Assembly (NCBI RefSeq): GCF_964204645.1
Contig: NC_134032.1
Coordinates: 7,118,275-7,182,274 of the forward strand
Source of the DNA: Tubulanus polymorphus
Lineage: Eukaryota; Animalia; Nemertea
DNA length: 64,000 nt
Direction: 5' to 3'
The translations under genes were made by a program, and so were the position numbers. Numbering within the stretch: position 1 is the stretch's first letter; each line of letters opens with the position of its first letter. Below are positions 44,901 to 51,927 of the stretch, in pieces. The notes below the pieces were generated by a model. That model was given only the letters and a program-made list of their open reading frames with translations. It did no database searches and had not been told where the DNA came from.

Positions 44901-47900
44901 CCGCTATTAATGGAAATCCACAGTTAAATGTACCATCTTCAGTTGATAAATCATAAACATAATCTGTTGGGTTATATATTTCAAATAAATCTTTAACTTC
45001 TTCTGTTAACTCATTTTCTACATGGCTTAAATTAAAGCAATTTGGTTTAGATTTAATCAATCCAATATTCATATTAAATCCTAATGAACAACATAATATA
45101 TTCAATCCCGATATAGCAACTTTTCCTTTTTGAGCTAAAGATATTGTTTTGCGGTTTTTGAAACTTTTTGAACCATCTGCAGCATAGAATCCAATGAAGA
45201 ACCATTTTCTTAAATTATTTTTTGCATTTAATACATAATCTGGAAAAAAAAAATCTAATGCAACCAAATTGAAATGAAATATAATTTTCAGATGTTTTAG
45301 CTAATAGTTTAAAATCATATTTTCTTACATTTGCTTCATTCATAGCATTATATTCTTCTATTTCTTGATTAATTGCACCCAATTTTCCCGATAATTGTTT
45401 TATAAATAGATGGGTATCATATCCTGATAAATTATGAAATAATATTGGTACGAAATTTACTTTTATAGCTTGTAAATTGCAATCTTCATGAGCAGCTCCA
45501 CGATATTTTGAATTTAAATGATCATGATCTCTAACTCTTTTATCAAATGAATAAAAACGTTTTTCACAATAACAACAATGAGTTGTATAATTAAAATCAA
45601 TTTCATCTTCTTTTGTCATAACTATTCTTTTATTTTTGTTTAATAATTTTGTAAAATCACTTTCTAATTCAATCATTTTATCACAAAAATCATTAACTAC
45701 ATTTTCACCTCTAAAAGAAATATATTGACTTTCATATAATTCAGGATAATTTGATTTGATGTAAATTCCATAAGCAGCAGCTCTTTGATGAACTTTTTTA
45801 ATTGTATTTATAATTGGTGGGTCTTGTATTGTGTCTTCATTTAATTCATTTCCTTTATCCATTGATTTTAATAATTGTTTTTTGTTATATATTTCTTTTC
45901 TATCTTGATTAGTTAATTCTTTATTCAACGATTCAAAATCCCCATAAATTACAAATGGAACAATATTTTTAAATTTATGATTAGTAAATTTCAATTTATA
46001 ATCTTTTTCTGTTGGCATTATTAATTTGCAAAAATCTTTATTATCACATAATTCTTTATGTTTTAATAATGTATTCTCTGTCATAAATTTAGATAAACAT
46101 TTTCTACATAGATAAATTTTATTATGATGATCACTTTCTGTTCTAAAGAATAAATCAATTTGTTTTAACCACATATAATGTTCATTTTCATCTTTTTTGT
46201 AATATAACAAATCTATAGCATTTTCATCATCATAATATTCTGTTAAATATAAAGCTTCCAATGTATAATCTTTAATATTTTCACCTTTTGTCTTTGGTAA
46301 TTGCATTAATTCGAATACATTTATTTTTAAATTATTAATTTTTTCTATTTTGGGTATCATTTTTATAGTTACTGGATATTGATCAATTTTATATAATGTT
46401 TCATATTTCCGGTAATCTGTTATTCTATAAACATGTTCTTCTGTTGGATGTAAGCAACTAATAATTGACCATAGAAAACATTTATTATCTTCATTTTGAA
46501 TATTTATTACTGCTTTTGTTATAAATGGTAATTTGATATAACTTGATGCTTTCATATCTTTTTCTGTTATAAAGTTTGAATCATTTTTAAACATTTTATT
46601 ACTTTTTGATGTTTTATTTCTTTTTGTATTATAAACATTTAAATCTAAATATATAATTTCATTCAATGTTAAGCCAGAACCCTCAAAATATCTTTCTTCA
46701 ATATGACGTTTAAATTCATTTAATATTTTTTCTAACTTCTCTTTTATTTGCGTTTTTGAAATTATTTCTTCAGAGTGTGTTTGAATATTATAATCCATTT
46801 TTTCTTCTGACTTTATAAAACATACTTTCCCAGAGATACTAATTTTTGGATATTCAACATCTGTTATCAAATCTAGTATTTTTTCTATTATTTCATTAAA
46901 TTTACTATAATCTTCTATTGTTATACCTTTAAAAAATCTAAATATAATAGCTGCAGGACCAATTTTACTATGTAATGTTTCTAAAATTTCAATTGTATCT
47001 TTTATTTCTAGTGAATCAATATAATTTCTAACATTTTCCATGTAAGGTTTATTTGAAATGGATTTTGTTTTTGAAGTTGATTCTTTTACTTGTTGAGGTT
47101 TATTATCAAAATATTCTAATCCTAAAACATTTTATTTAAATTTTTATAATGTTTTTGTGATTCGAGATGTCTATTATAATTCCTTTTTACTATAAATTCG
47201 TTACAAACTTCACATTTTATTTCATCCACATTCATATTTTCTAATCGTTCTTTTCTTTCATTAGAATTTTCTGGAGTTTCAAAATCTATTACATTTTTTA
47301 TATGATTTGCAGTTTTTTCATGTCGTGTTTTATGAGATGTATCGATGTATTTTTTCAATATTGGCAATAATATTGATTTTTATTGACATTATTGTTTTCT
47401 GGCTGGTGTTCATTCTCCCCCATTTATAAGGAAAAAAAATTACTTGTGGTGATGAGTAGGAAAAAAAAAATTACTTGTGGTGATGAGTGGTGTCTCGCCC
47501 TCTCGCCCTCTGGCCTGAAAGCCTACTTTCCTAATTACTAAACTGTAGCCTCTACTCCCCGGGTACTAGTAGCAGGGGTATTAGGATGAGTGAAATCAGT
47601 TTCATCCGCAACATCATCTACATCGCCGTCGTCACTATTGTCATTCATCTCTCTGTCTGCAACATCCATCTCTTGATTTCTTGAATCCTGTTAATAGAAA
47701 AAATAATTTTGTTTTTCAGAGGCCTAATACTAGAGAAGAATGGACTGAGATTGCGAAGAAATTTCAAGATAAATGGAATTATCCATTCTGTGTTGGAGCT
47801 CTTGACGGAAAGCACATAAGTATAAGGCAGCCTGACAACAGTGGATCTTCATACTATAACTACAAACACTTTTTCAGCGTAATCTTATTAGCACTAGTGG

Positions 47901-48523
47901 ATGCGGATTACAGATTTATCTATGTTGATGTTGGGGCTGCAGGACGATGTGGTGATGCTGGGGTGTTTAATCAGTCAAGTTTGAAGGCGGCAATGGACAC
48001 AAACAACATAAATTTTCCAGAGCCTGGCTGTTTCCCGAGCGGTGAAGAATGTCACCATCACATTATCGGTGACGATGCGTTCCCCCTACGAAAGGATCTG
48101 ATGAAACCGTTTCCACATCGAAACTTGATGGATGATATCAAAATTTTCAACTACCGATTATCACGTGCACGACGTGTAGTTGAGAATGCGTTCGGCATTC
48201 TAGCCAACAGATTTAGGGTATTTCTGACTACCATTGCCGTGGAACCTGATTGTGTAGATTTCATAATACTAGCTGCCTGCGTTCTACATAACTTTTTAAT
48301 CGACGAAGAGTCAACAAATTATGCGTCTTCTAATTTTGTTGACCGCGAGGACAACGCCCACAATTTAGTTCAGGGTAACTGGCGATTGGATACTGGACTT
48401 CAGCCCCTGGCAACAACTCACAGTCGAAATGCCCGCCAGGAAGCTAAAGACCAAAGAGAAGCTATAAAAACCTATCTTAATTCTGCTGGAGCAGTACCAT
48501 GGCAAAATGATATGATTCGCTAG
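29906..48523 (+). CDS. Harbinger (HARBI1-like) transposase, 3 exons: 29906-30239, 32265-32380, 47720-48523 (417 aa, open)
   Basis: GT-AG junctions with compatible phases. Motifs LTLRFLATG, ASFRDL, GALDGKH, IIGDDAFP, RVVENAFG and LHNF. Confidence 0.88.
31776..31936. mobile_element. Short MITE with 16-bp TIR CAGTGTTTTCAATAAG
   Basis: Perfect TIRs with ACATG on both sides. Confidence 0.6.
32982..33101 (+). repeat. Polinton left TIR
   Basis: Inverted copy of 47419-47539. Contains two ~30-bp direct repeats (ACTCATCACCACAAGTAAT-Tn-CCT) and ends in an inward-facing TAAATGGG start. Confidence 0.95.
33097..33423 (+). CDS. 108-aa Polinton protein (possible small beta/OB-fold nucleic-acid binder)
   Basis: Starts inside the TIR at TAAATG. 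Pattern KTKYGEKV...KVFLP...IIYHG. The function is a guess. Confidence 0.6.
   Translation: MGDRKAFLATINNRIKPAKKQFEIKKLVYVTKEIEHKILKLEKIKTKYGEKVSANLSYCNVSTSREFKVFLPDKWVSLSTEELKDLVGFKIIYHGKNEDGHHDLEIVD
33615..33968 (-). CDS. 117-aa single-TM protein
   Basis: YLYFTVGFVIVFILIGC TM segment; TAAATG start. Confidence 0.65.
   Translation of the reverse strand: MSEVKEVKKKPRTQKQIEWSRQLGIKSQEYKKAVKEKISNKNVNKNGENIVISTPSDSRIFNKYLYFTVGFVIVFILIGCNWYKKSNKIHDISNSEPTAIKNENTSEIPKLIIKKMD
33916..34506 (-). CDS. 196-aa hypothetical protein with C-terminal hydrophobic segment
   Basis: WIGYLSFQLGGFMTLLSTGVITF; T-tract plus TAAATG start. Confidence 0.7.
   Translation of the reverse strand: MGGEKKIKSKNGDVPIEKTLDDLGITETKLIPDDGALNNVTTNNNYEYYLYCKHQLEILIASGKCKNFVSKNLTYNELDAMKSDEIIRLFKIYEAARTARINDAISENVVKGYSKLCNYILPIEDENRLYSDLKNDYLVMTELNKWIGYLSFQLGGFMTLLSTGVITFSNIESKNISIINERGERSEEKTENSETN
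34530..34790. repeat. Non-coding repeat region of the Polinton (AACTAGAAT units, duplicated ~120-bp block)
   Basis: About 10-bp CAACTAGAAT-like units and a duplicated TAGATTAACAAGCTAGTT block. Confidence 0.75.
34791..35399 (-). CDS. DNA-packaging ATPase (A32/FtsK-like)
   Basis: Walker A GVTNCGKT, Walker B LFIIDD, and the SGRHFGIT...Q motif. Confidence 0.92.
   Translation of the reverse strand: MNKELFIFEPHNMLISGVTNCGKTYFILHLLETVYENYFDNIVLFCPTYEFNQTYDKNITRNNKFIILDPKTVKENLDNCIKIAIDIYKGSNTLFIIDDCANLHDSKVRESELCYLAFSGRHFGITTWVLNQKYNSIVKDFRENIRFLVLFYNKDRKSMKNALEENDIIPHDLHNEYMDELKNIKRSKLLFRLQHPFKYEFI
35400..36527 (-). CDS. Polinton retroviral-like (c-)integrase with C-terminal chromodomain
   Basis: WQGDLIDM, IDIFSRY, QFDDGKEF and AVVERFNRT motifs; chromodomain YKIEKVLK...LVKWVGWPDKFNEWI. 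Confidence 0.95.
   Translation of the reverse strand: MGGKKSPNTKEQYLRNLYYNPESSVAYSSTKHIWRQVKQDKLDKIIPQNLVKYKDINEFMLEQPTYTTHKKIVRKYETRKTMVSYVDQQWQGDLIDMKNVKKDNDDYWWLLNIIDIFSRYVWSFPLYRKDAAQTSHVLRKFLSDDKLKPEKIQFDDGKEFDNSLVHELLDNHNIKYFSTKSDKKAAVVERFNRTLRTRMWKYFTANNTFKWIDVLPKLIEGYNNSYHSSIGMKPIDARKPENAEIVWNNLYGAFLIDDFGEPKFKVGQNVRISKYKKIFDKGYDRNFTREIYKIKKVITTKPYVYKLEDLDGEEVDGYFYEEELSLTTENLEQEYKIEKVLKTKTIKRKKYSLVKWVGWPDKFNEWILSSKIKNI
36558..37805 (-). CDS. Probable major capsid protein (double jelly-roll)
   Basis: 415 aa, beta-rich pattern (NPSNINPDETLYVRIP, YKIPLDFE, ICLEYNTV, ALWLDFRT), and its size and position next to the ATPase and integrase. The fold is inferred. Confidence 0.7.
   Translation of the reverse strand: MSGSYISPSKNHRISNAIKAERSHHIITHNPSNINPDETLYVRIPRLTQNTFYVPNSIYLSADIKVTGHDNNYVVDNVGRYLIKKLTIKIGPETVFSLDDYNLFMHYKDLWLTKENRNNMIFQGIQSENHNKLRSEANNAVVTRATDNLIKKIYGSKYKIPLDFELINNNAPLYKYAIQEDIIFEITFAPVNEIVLSSVVKDMGYKLSNICLEYNTVTNENIASTIQTQYNQGFSLLYDYIDKFKTVTINANDEIINENINFPRRSIKGILIFFTIATYSNGAINVDNYYNPEITKVEITIEGIANKIFCQGMRMIDQWPEIRKHFMNEKVKSFENCNINQIDYYTGNKYALWLDFRTTEDNSLHGSGKKLQNTKDGIQLFMKKNKGIKNFKMHIYIISDAQLNIVNSQLDSIQY
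37860..39257 (-). CDS. Coiled-coil protein with multiple C-terminal hydrophobic/TM segments
   Basis: Long heptad region followed by GITILSIVTAVTMLFTTIGLAI, ALPGVIASIVGFIL and IILFLITVVSAIIFGLV. An in-frame 51-aa ORF (39413-39258) precedes it. Confidence 0.75.
   Translation of the reverse strand: MISIENEVPEITEKEYNYNEFIDDFKPLFEESGYNINERGARLLVKDLKYLDGEYYYYLDGDNLNGEYYINISYKNQNKILAESTLLKLEPDRIKKIIYNNKLEDVTKEEIDNFKKLFKQRINELFEKIYDNLEPEMEENRNRLDKLRSSTPETSRRDTQPIDNDSSQLQLQLQLEKQIDRLRDSEKEMNSAGINRLQYLLEKGLLDLTDDELESFPEQARREIKGTQESADKIAREKSKRDIKIRFLEKDSTNKNKEIEQLKLDRDNKVIEEIEFKKRNAYLEKEIDDLEYNIELQKEEIKLLLKSYDYNINRLKVIFKDLLIKPNSEISLKDRIRLLFKLEGITILSIVTAVTMLFTTIGLAISNALKSTPTPTPNKPDKPPGNNSIQDKVKDGLKKLAKYLWELSKKSAAALPGVIASIVGFILKSAGNILNFAAEHIILFLITVVSAIIFGLVNMISKNIK
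39430..40812 (-). CDS. 460-aa hypothetical protein with C-terminal TM anchor
   Basis: WQNQLNFAVYCATTGCG region and C-terminal LAITCIGIVIGGILYF; TAAATG start. Confidence 0.75.
   Translation of the reverse strand: MGFPKAFQYNKSIKYNIPAIDFDKDITYRNEVLNSLIDLYIYVTETNNFNAKMENIFHVYLIDFKKLKDEKQWLLKSNMKYWQNQLNFAVYCATTGCGISWNDHLNNSKYKLIQSLFRFHTYFQIRIILNELECALPGSRYFKELDNNINLSKFYKICNEFNIDINNSDFRIKIGTIRSLPCPRKIAEYCALPIPSNSFYNIYNKKLGYGKIETKDLETLNFNKLPKFYDNLKQENNNGWVYFILENSEGFTKSGIERINQSIRTYLICILGAQVETRSPIIGNLNTSFDTQKQFKVLFEDSIHNDKNRSIPENIIRYQNYLDKSHVRLNYCIGPNLLIISNDLVLKMGNIIGYNNLIKTATINNSFGLNDINKKIITAPKLMEGEKNKKHIQSTETKTKNIKLNNDSKIKDYNTSENIKTDKIQHDIIKTDNDNKSHENTKLAITCIGIVIGGILYFKF
40829..41263 (-). CDS. 144-aa two-TM protein
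   Basis: Two adjacent hydrophobic helices flanked by Lys-rich coiled segments; TAAATG start. Confidence 0.7.
   Translation of the reverse strand: MEDKVDSIDIIPHNINKTKLKTYLEKQILEFESDLKIKKKRYLKSKIIYYLIISGSVTISSVITFLAIFSPLTPLAISIGVLGLSSSVLTGISSKLNIKSNKEKIKTNIKEINKLKNTLDYIISLNGHITVEEQDKLLKELVNY
41283..41519 (-). CDS. 78-aa C-terminal TM protein
   Basis: IIWILGGTVIVIFVAY. It overlaps the upstream ORF and lacks TAAATG, so it may be the frameshifted continuation of 41506-41703. Confidence 0.55.
   Translation of the reverse strand: MDYINKELYDQKISHRDFQSVDDAMSLYNAVTNKEKLHLYKPKLSDYYTPSKEQQKYEIIWILGGTVIVIFVAYKFTN
41506..41703 (-). CDS. 65-aa protein with N-terminal hydrophobic segment
   Basis: MASAIITIIGSAIVNALAFTGGGYLF; TAAATG start. 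Confidence 0.6.
   Translation of the reverse strand: MASAIITIIGSAIVNALAFTGGGYLFKHIDKNSSLGEQRRHNLALEKYNKAAEEYREKRQNYGLY
41728..41949 (-). CDS. 73-aa hydrophobic protein
   Basis: Two moderately hydrophobic segments; T-tract plus TAAATG start. Confidence 0.6.
   Translation of the reverse strand: MSDNKWIITGLYNGALLSVGTVGYSMVLKKVFKMGSVNVDRFDINDILKLTLAVTLSNLTIDYLEKQKYIPPI
41955..42304 (-). pseudogene. Small frameshifted Polinton gene
   Basis: TAAATG start at 42304 (MNITVGPSICFG...) stops after 37 codons; another frame continues with acidic sequence toward ~41955. Confidence 0.4.
42321..43073 (-). CDS. Probable minor capsid (penton, single jelly-roll) protein
   Basis: Pattern LVNISLCNSFYNV...LKPGLYNL...FYIYCNLID...LEIRNHNGYLIDLNN...YEL is typical of Polinton/virophage-type mCPs. 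Confidence 0.72.
   Translation of the reverse strand: MVELKEYRIFVDSRRLTNYKSHNLIIQLDREFKNCLDLKLVNISLCNSFYNVTDKSLEHLIFSIFYKKRNKWFFIYLKPGLYNLNTLAQEINRKARAKLGSDSGFNIRILKSASSNKIKIRLDEQFKFTVRKPLGKLLGITPDIVTAYAEGKSNLMPFTHFYIYCNLIDPTKTFEATKDITCNSGLLNILPLKNVKEFGTQINYNLTECDFKPCIPQFNNFKLEIRNHNGYLIDLNNFPVIYELVIRCKE
43142..44443 (+). CDS. Multi-zinc-finger protein with C-terminal VLTF3-like (poxvirus late transcription factor) domain
   Basis: Several C2H2-like fingers, a Zn ribbon CPQC...FCVECG, and SINYEFFLNKI...KKKQRERDEMWNKI resembling the VLTF3 C-terminal motif. Confidence 0.62.
   Translation: MDEKIACEICGELIRKSNMARHMKKHDENYKPPKINCPKCNKLFSRNYVKKHSEKCRINGATANVDSKSAEVEPEVIWKRPFLFYDKDNIKDHFCEPCRIKYNPENIEDWENHQFRKAHIDKISNKFETEFNERKNNLLEKIKYEKTLPDNEETVEKLEKQYNELTRKTYYCKYCKLIITTSNSNLHNRTIKHKENVRKYQELNEDLLPVNYKQKCPQCIYATLRQEGAVLFCVECGWQKNLWGEEKTRDFLIEPKLNYLDEIFKIFSIEDHTPEYMQWLEKMKIIENKNGEITKKDIIKTIIPPTFNTKQKKMYLYLLFNDYYEKPKLTEEDMENIKKIFKQILMYHLENRITDSINYEFFLNKIVNYLNLDIIIPFDELTNKKKQRERDEMWNKIELYLNEKNGIEEEPEQFYENEEANSDFEFDDIDFMF
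44440..47423 (-). pseudogene. Protein-primed family B DNA polymerase, internally deleted and frameshifted, with an intein remnant
   Basis: ATG at 47423 in the TIR and N-terminal zinc fingers. Motifs DNKCFLWS, ExoI VIYGDFES, RDHDH, ExoII FHNLSGYD; C-terminal GKFKDE, IRSKMYS, KKLKGI, DDKR, TLPYGH. ExoIII and Pol motifs A and B are absent. Confidence 0.9.
44896..45243 (-). other. C-terminal half of a LAGLIDADG-type intein inserted in pPolB motif C
   Basis: Block E PDYVLNA...FFIGFYAADG, block H QKGKVAISGLNILCCSLG, blocks F/G YVYDLSTEDGTFNCGFPLIAVN, followed by extein +1 T of TDA. Confidence 0.82.
47419..47539 (-). repeat. Polinton right TIR
   Basis: Inverted copy of 32982-33101. Confidence 0.95.
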
Positions 48524-51141
48524 TAAAAAAGTAGCATAGCTTATCTTAAATGTATTTAGAAATATCAATATAATCAAACCTGTACATATGCAATATATAT
48601 GCTATTTTCTAACAGTTATTAATCTCATATTTCAAACAATTAATCATTAATCGTACGGTATTATGCATAACGAGATAATATGTACCGATACATAAAATAA
48701 ACTGAAATTATCTTACTTGTTTTGTTCGCAATACTTACATCAAGGCTGGACAATGTTCCCCGCACAGTAATGAAAGGCTTTAAGAACTGCATCTTGTCAG
48801 CTACCCAAACATCCTTTTTTGAGGGGGTTTTTCTTCTGCTGCCTGACGGCGGTGCATTCTGAGTTTTCGTGTACTGAGTTCTCAGGCTAGTCATTCTAGT
48901 CTTGATTTTATTTACTGAAAATGAATAGCATAGTTTATTTGCAGATACTTCTAAATGTCTAAAAGTGGTTAGGCCTCATTCTTGAGTCATTTTAATTCCA
49001 TACAAATTCCGGGTTTTCCCACTTATAGTTCTTCCTTGAAATTTGCCTCAACGATTATACAACGAGCAATCTGATTGGTGCCGCCAGTTTTCGTTCGGAA
49101 AGCTGCGCATGTACCTGCGCACCCGGTCTACTGATGCAGGGGTTCGTGCGTGGCTGAGTGTAGCGATGCCATCAGGTTCGAGTCCCTGCAGAGGGAGGAT
49201 GTTTAAACCGGACCCTCTAGCTAGATACTAACCCAGGGATTTTGCTCTGCATTTTATAAATTCAACCGTCGGCGTCAGTCAATAAACGTACATTGAATTG
49301 AATTTGTATCGGTTTGGTTAAAAAAGAATTACCTGGTATGCCTATGGCAGTAGATATGGAGTCGAGGGCAGCTACTCTGGCTTCGCGCTTACTGTATTCT
49401 GGTGAGGTATGATCATAAAGGCAAGGATAAGCCTCCCAAAAAACAATCAAATCCAGCTCGCGTTGCTCTGTCCACGCTTCAGCCATTTTGAATTTTCGTT
49501 ACCCCCTACTTCAAACCGTGCGGAACAAAATTCAAATTCAAATTCAAATGGCCGACCGGTTCCGCACGGCTCCGGTCGGTTAGGAGCCGCCATTTTGAGC
49601 ATTATGTGACTGCTTCATCCTTAATTCTGATTGGCTACTAAAATTTTTCGTTCAGAACATCGGCAGCGTAGCCCGCAGACCTTTACGATTTTTATCGCAC
49701 GGAAAAATCGCATGCGAAAATATCAAACACGTTTGGTTTGTTGCGATGAAGCGATGATGCGATGAAATCGGCTCCAGCGGCCATAGCACACCTTTACGAT
49801 GATGCGATAAAACGATGCGATGAAGCGATCATACGATCAATCGCAAAGGTGTGCGCCGGGCTTTACTAGCGCGCGCCCATTTGTTACCCCTGTGAACGGT
49901 TATTCTTGGCCTAATTTGGCACCCGTGTGATATAATTGTACTTAATATAATTTTTTTTCAAATTTTGTTTAAAGATTGAAAAACAGTTCTCCACTAATAT
50001 GATACCGTACAAGGCTTAGAAGAAGAATTGTTGGAAGTAAAGGTCAGTGTCACCAAATCTTACTACAAATTTGCCAAACTACCGGGTACAAAAAGTATCC
50101 CATTTCATAGTCCTGTCCTGACCATGTCCTGATCTGAAATCTATGTATATTTTTGATAGAACTGTAAGGACTAGCGCACACCCTAGCGAATTTTCATCTG
50201 AGAATCATATCTTCATGGTTTTGTCGGCTCATCACCAAAGTGTGCGCTTTCAATATTGGCCGACGACTTTTTTGTACGATATCTTAAACATCGCGTGGGT
50301 GTGCGCCAGTAATCAGCAGTGGACTAACGTCGACATAGGCCTAACTAACGGCTTCATTGGTTTTTTTATTTATAGAAGTCTAATAAGGAACAAGAGCCCC
50401 AAGGGGCACAATGGCCAGCCTGTCAGATTTGCTTTTTATAAATGATGTAATCTGTGGGTTATATTTATCAATATACACTCCCTGCTCAATATCATTTACA
50501 TAGTAAAATCGTGTGTTAGCACAGACAGCAGGAACGAATGTAATATAGAAATACTAAGTTATTGTATTGTTCAACGCCCCCTGGTGGCCATAACAAAAAA
50601 CCAATGAGCTTGAAACTCACCTCGATCATAGAACATGTCATGAGCTACAACTTTCCAATTGATTATAGTAGTAAAATATGCTTAATTATCAATTATGATG
50701 TGGAAAAACTTTTTTTCCACCTACGAATGAGTACTGATGACCCCAAGATGGCCGCCAAGTGCGTCGTAATTGCCTGGTCAAAAATACCCTCTCGGATATA
50801 AAAGATCCCTTTCCAAAGAATACCCATTACAAATTGCAATGAAACATGGCGCACCATTAGAAAGCTACAGTACTCAGAATTCAGGCCAAAATGGACATTT
50901 TTGGGAACAAAAAAGGTCACAGTACGGCCATCTTGAGTCCGATCGACTCAATTTTTCTCATGCCGATGGGCCCTCGGGGGATACAAATATATACGAATGA
51001 TCAAGGTTATTGATAAAAGTGTCTTCAAAATTTCCCTCGAAAACTTCAAAAATGTGTAAAAAGTGCTGATTTTGGAGAACAACAATGGCTGCCAGTCGGC
51101 CATCTTGAATCTGACAGGGCCAGTTTTTGGCCTGAAGATGT

Positions 51142-51927
51142 CACAGGGGTTTGGCGATGGGCTTGGATTTTATTTCCGGGTTGTTGATAATCTCGCGAGA
51201 ATGGCGCTAAATATGAACTGCGAATAAATTCAAAATATCACGGAAATACCTTGTGTTTATATTGTTTATTTATCCGCTATAAAGTTTCGATAAACAATTG
51301 GTCGTTAAGAATCATTATCAGACGGTCGCCACGCTACTATATAAAAGAACAAGGGATGAAACGCAGTTCAAGTCGTGCCAGCCAGAAAGTTGGGACAGTC
51401 ACGTGACTTAACGCTTCTTATTTGACTGAATGCTAACCCGAAGCATCTAAGACGGAAACTATGATACGAAAAATATTTGAGAATAACTTACATTCAAATG
51501 CATTTTTTGACTATGAATTGTATATTTCATCATAATTTATTCTGTATAAGTTATTTATTTCATATGAATCATAATCTGACAATTGATATCGGTCTGTGAA
51601 TATGTTAACTTTTCATGTTGAAGTTTTAAATGCGATGACGTCATCAGAATGTCACGTGACTGTCCCAACTTTCTGGCTGAAAATTTAAGTATAGCGGAGG
51701 CCTGGCGTTTCATCCCTTGTTCTTTTATATAGTAGCGTGGCGACCGTCTGATAATGATTCTTAACGACCAATTGTTTATCGAAACTTTATAGCGGATAAA
51801 TAAACAATATAAACACAAGGTATTTCCGTGATATTTTGAATTTATTCGCAGTTCATATTTAGCGCCATTCTCGCGAGATTATCAACAACCCGGAAATAAA
51901 ATCCAAGACAATCGCCAAACCCCTGTG
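51142..51927. mobile_element. 786-bp non-autonomous TIR element (P-like), 8-bp TSD GAAGATGT
   Basis: CACAGGGG...CCCCTGTG with ~220-bp TIRs. TSD at 51134-51141 and 51928-51935; the empty site is visible in the sister repeat at 52848-52855. Confidence 0.9.

Larger units (their letters stand above)
32982..47539. mobile_element. Polinton/Maverick-like endogenous virus, 14558 bp
   Basis: AGT...ACT termini, ~120-bp TIRs, 6-bp TSD AAACTG (32976-32981 and 47540-47545). Carries pPolB, rve integrase, packaging ATPase and capsid-like genes. Intronless and very AT-rich. Confidence 0.96.
32545..49486 (-). pseudogene. Harbinger Myb/MADF-BESS accessory gene; exons 49486-49333, 48914-48739, and 47687-47540 + 32975-32545; disrupted by the Polinton
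   Basis: MADF motif LIVFWEAYPCLYD...LRTQY...W and BESS-like DDISAFSKYVHATMKEMDKHTKTIVKHEIQSVLY. Removing the Polinton and one TSD copy restores ...VEATVSLNEVPEST in frame. Confidence 0.85.
29759..49862 (+). mobile_element. PIF/Harbinger DNA transposon (hosting the Polinton)
   Basis: TIRs AGCTGGGCGCACACCTTTGCGAT / ATCGCAAAGGTGTGCGCCGGGCT flanked by TAA and TTA, ATCGC-rich subterminal repeats, and both hallmark genes (DDE transposase and Myb/MADF). It appears to sit inside another MITE (CACACGGG...CCCGTGTG, ~29670-49930). Confidence 0.88.

Noticed and set aside
32982-47539. Bacterial, phage or organellar contamination suggested by AT-rich intronless genes
   Set aside because: TIRs, a 6-bp TSD inside a reconstructable Harbinger exon, and the Polinton core gene set show a genuine integration.
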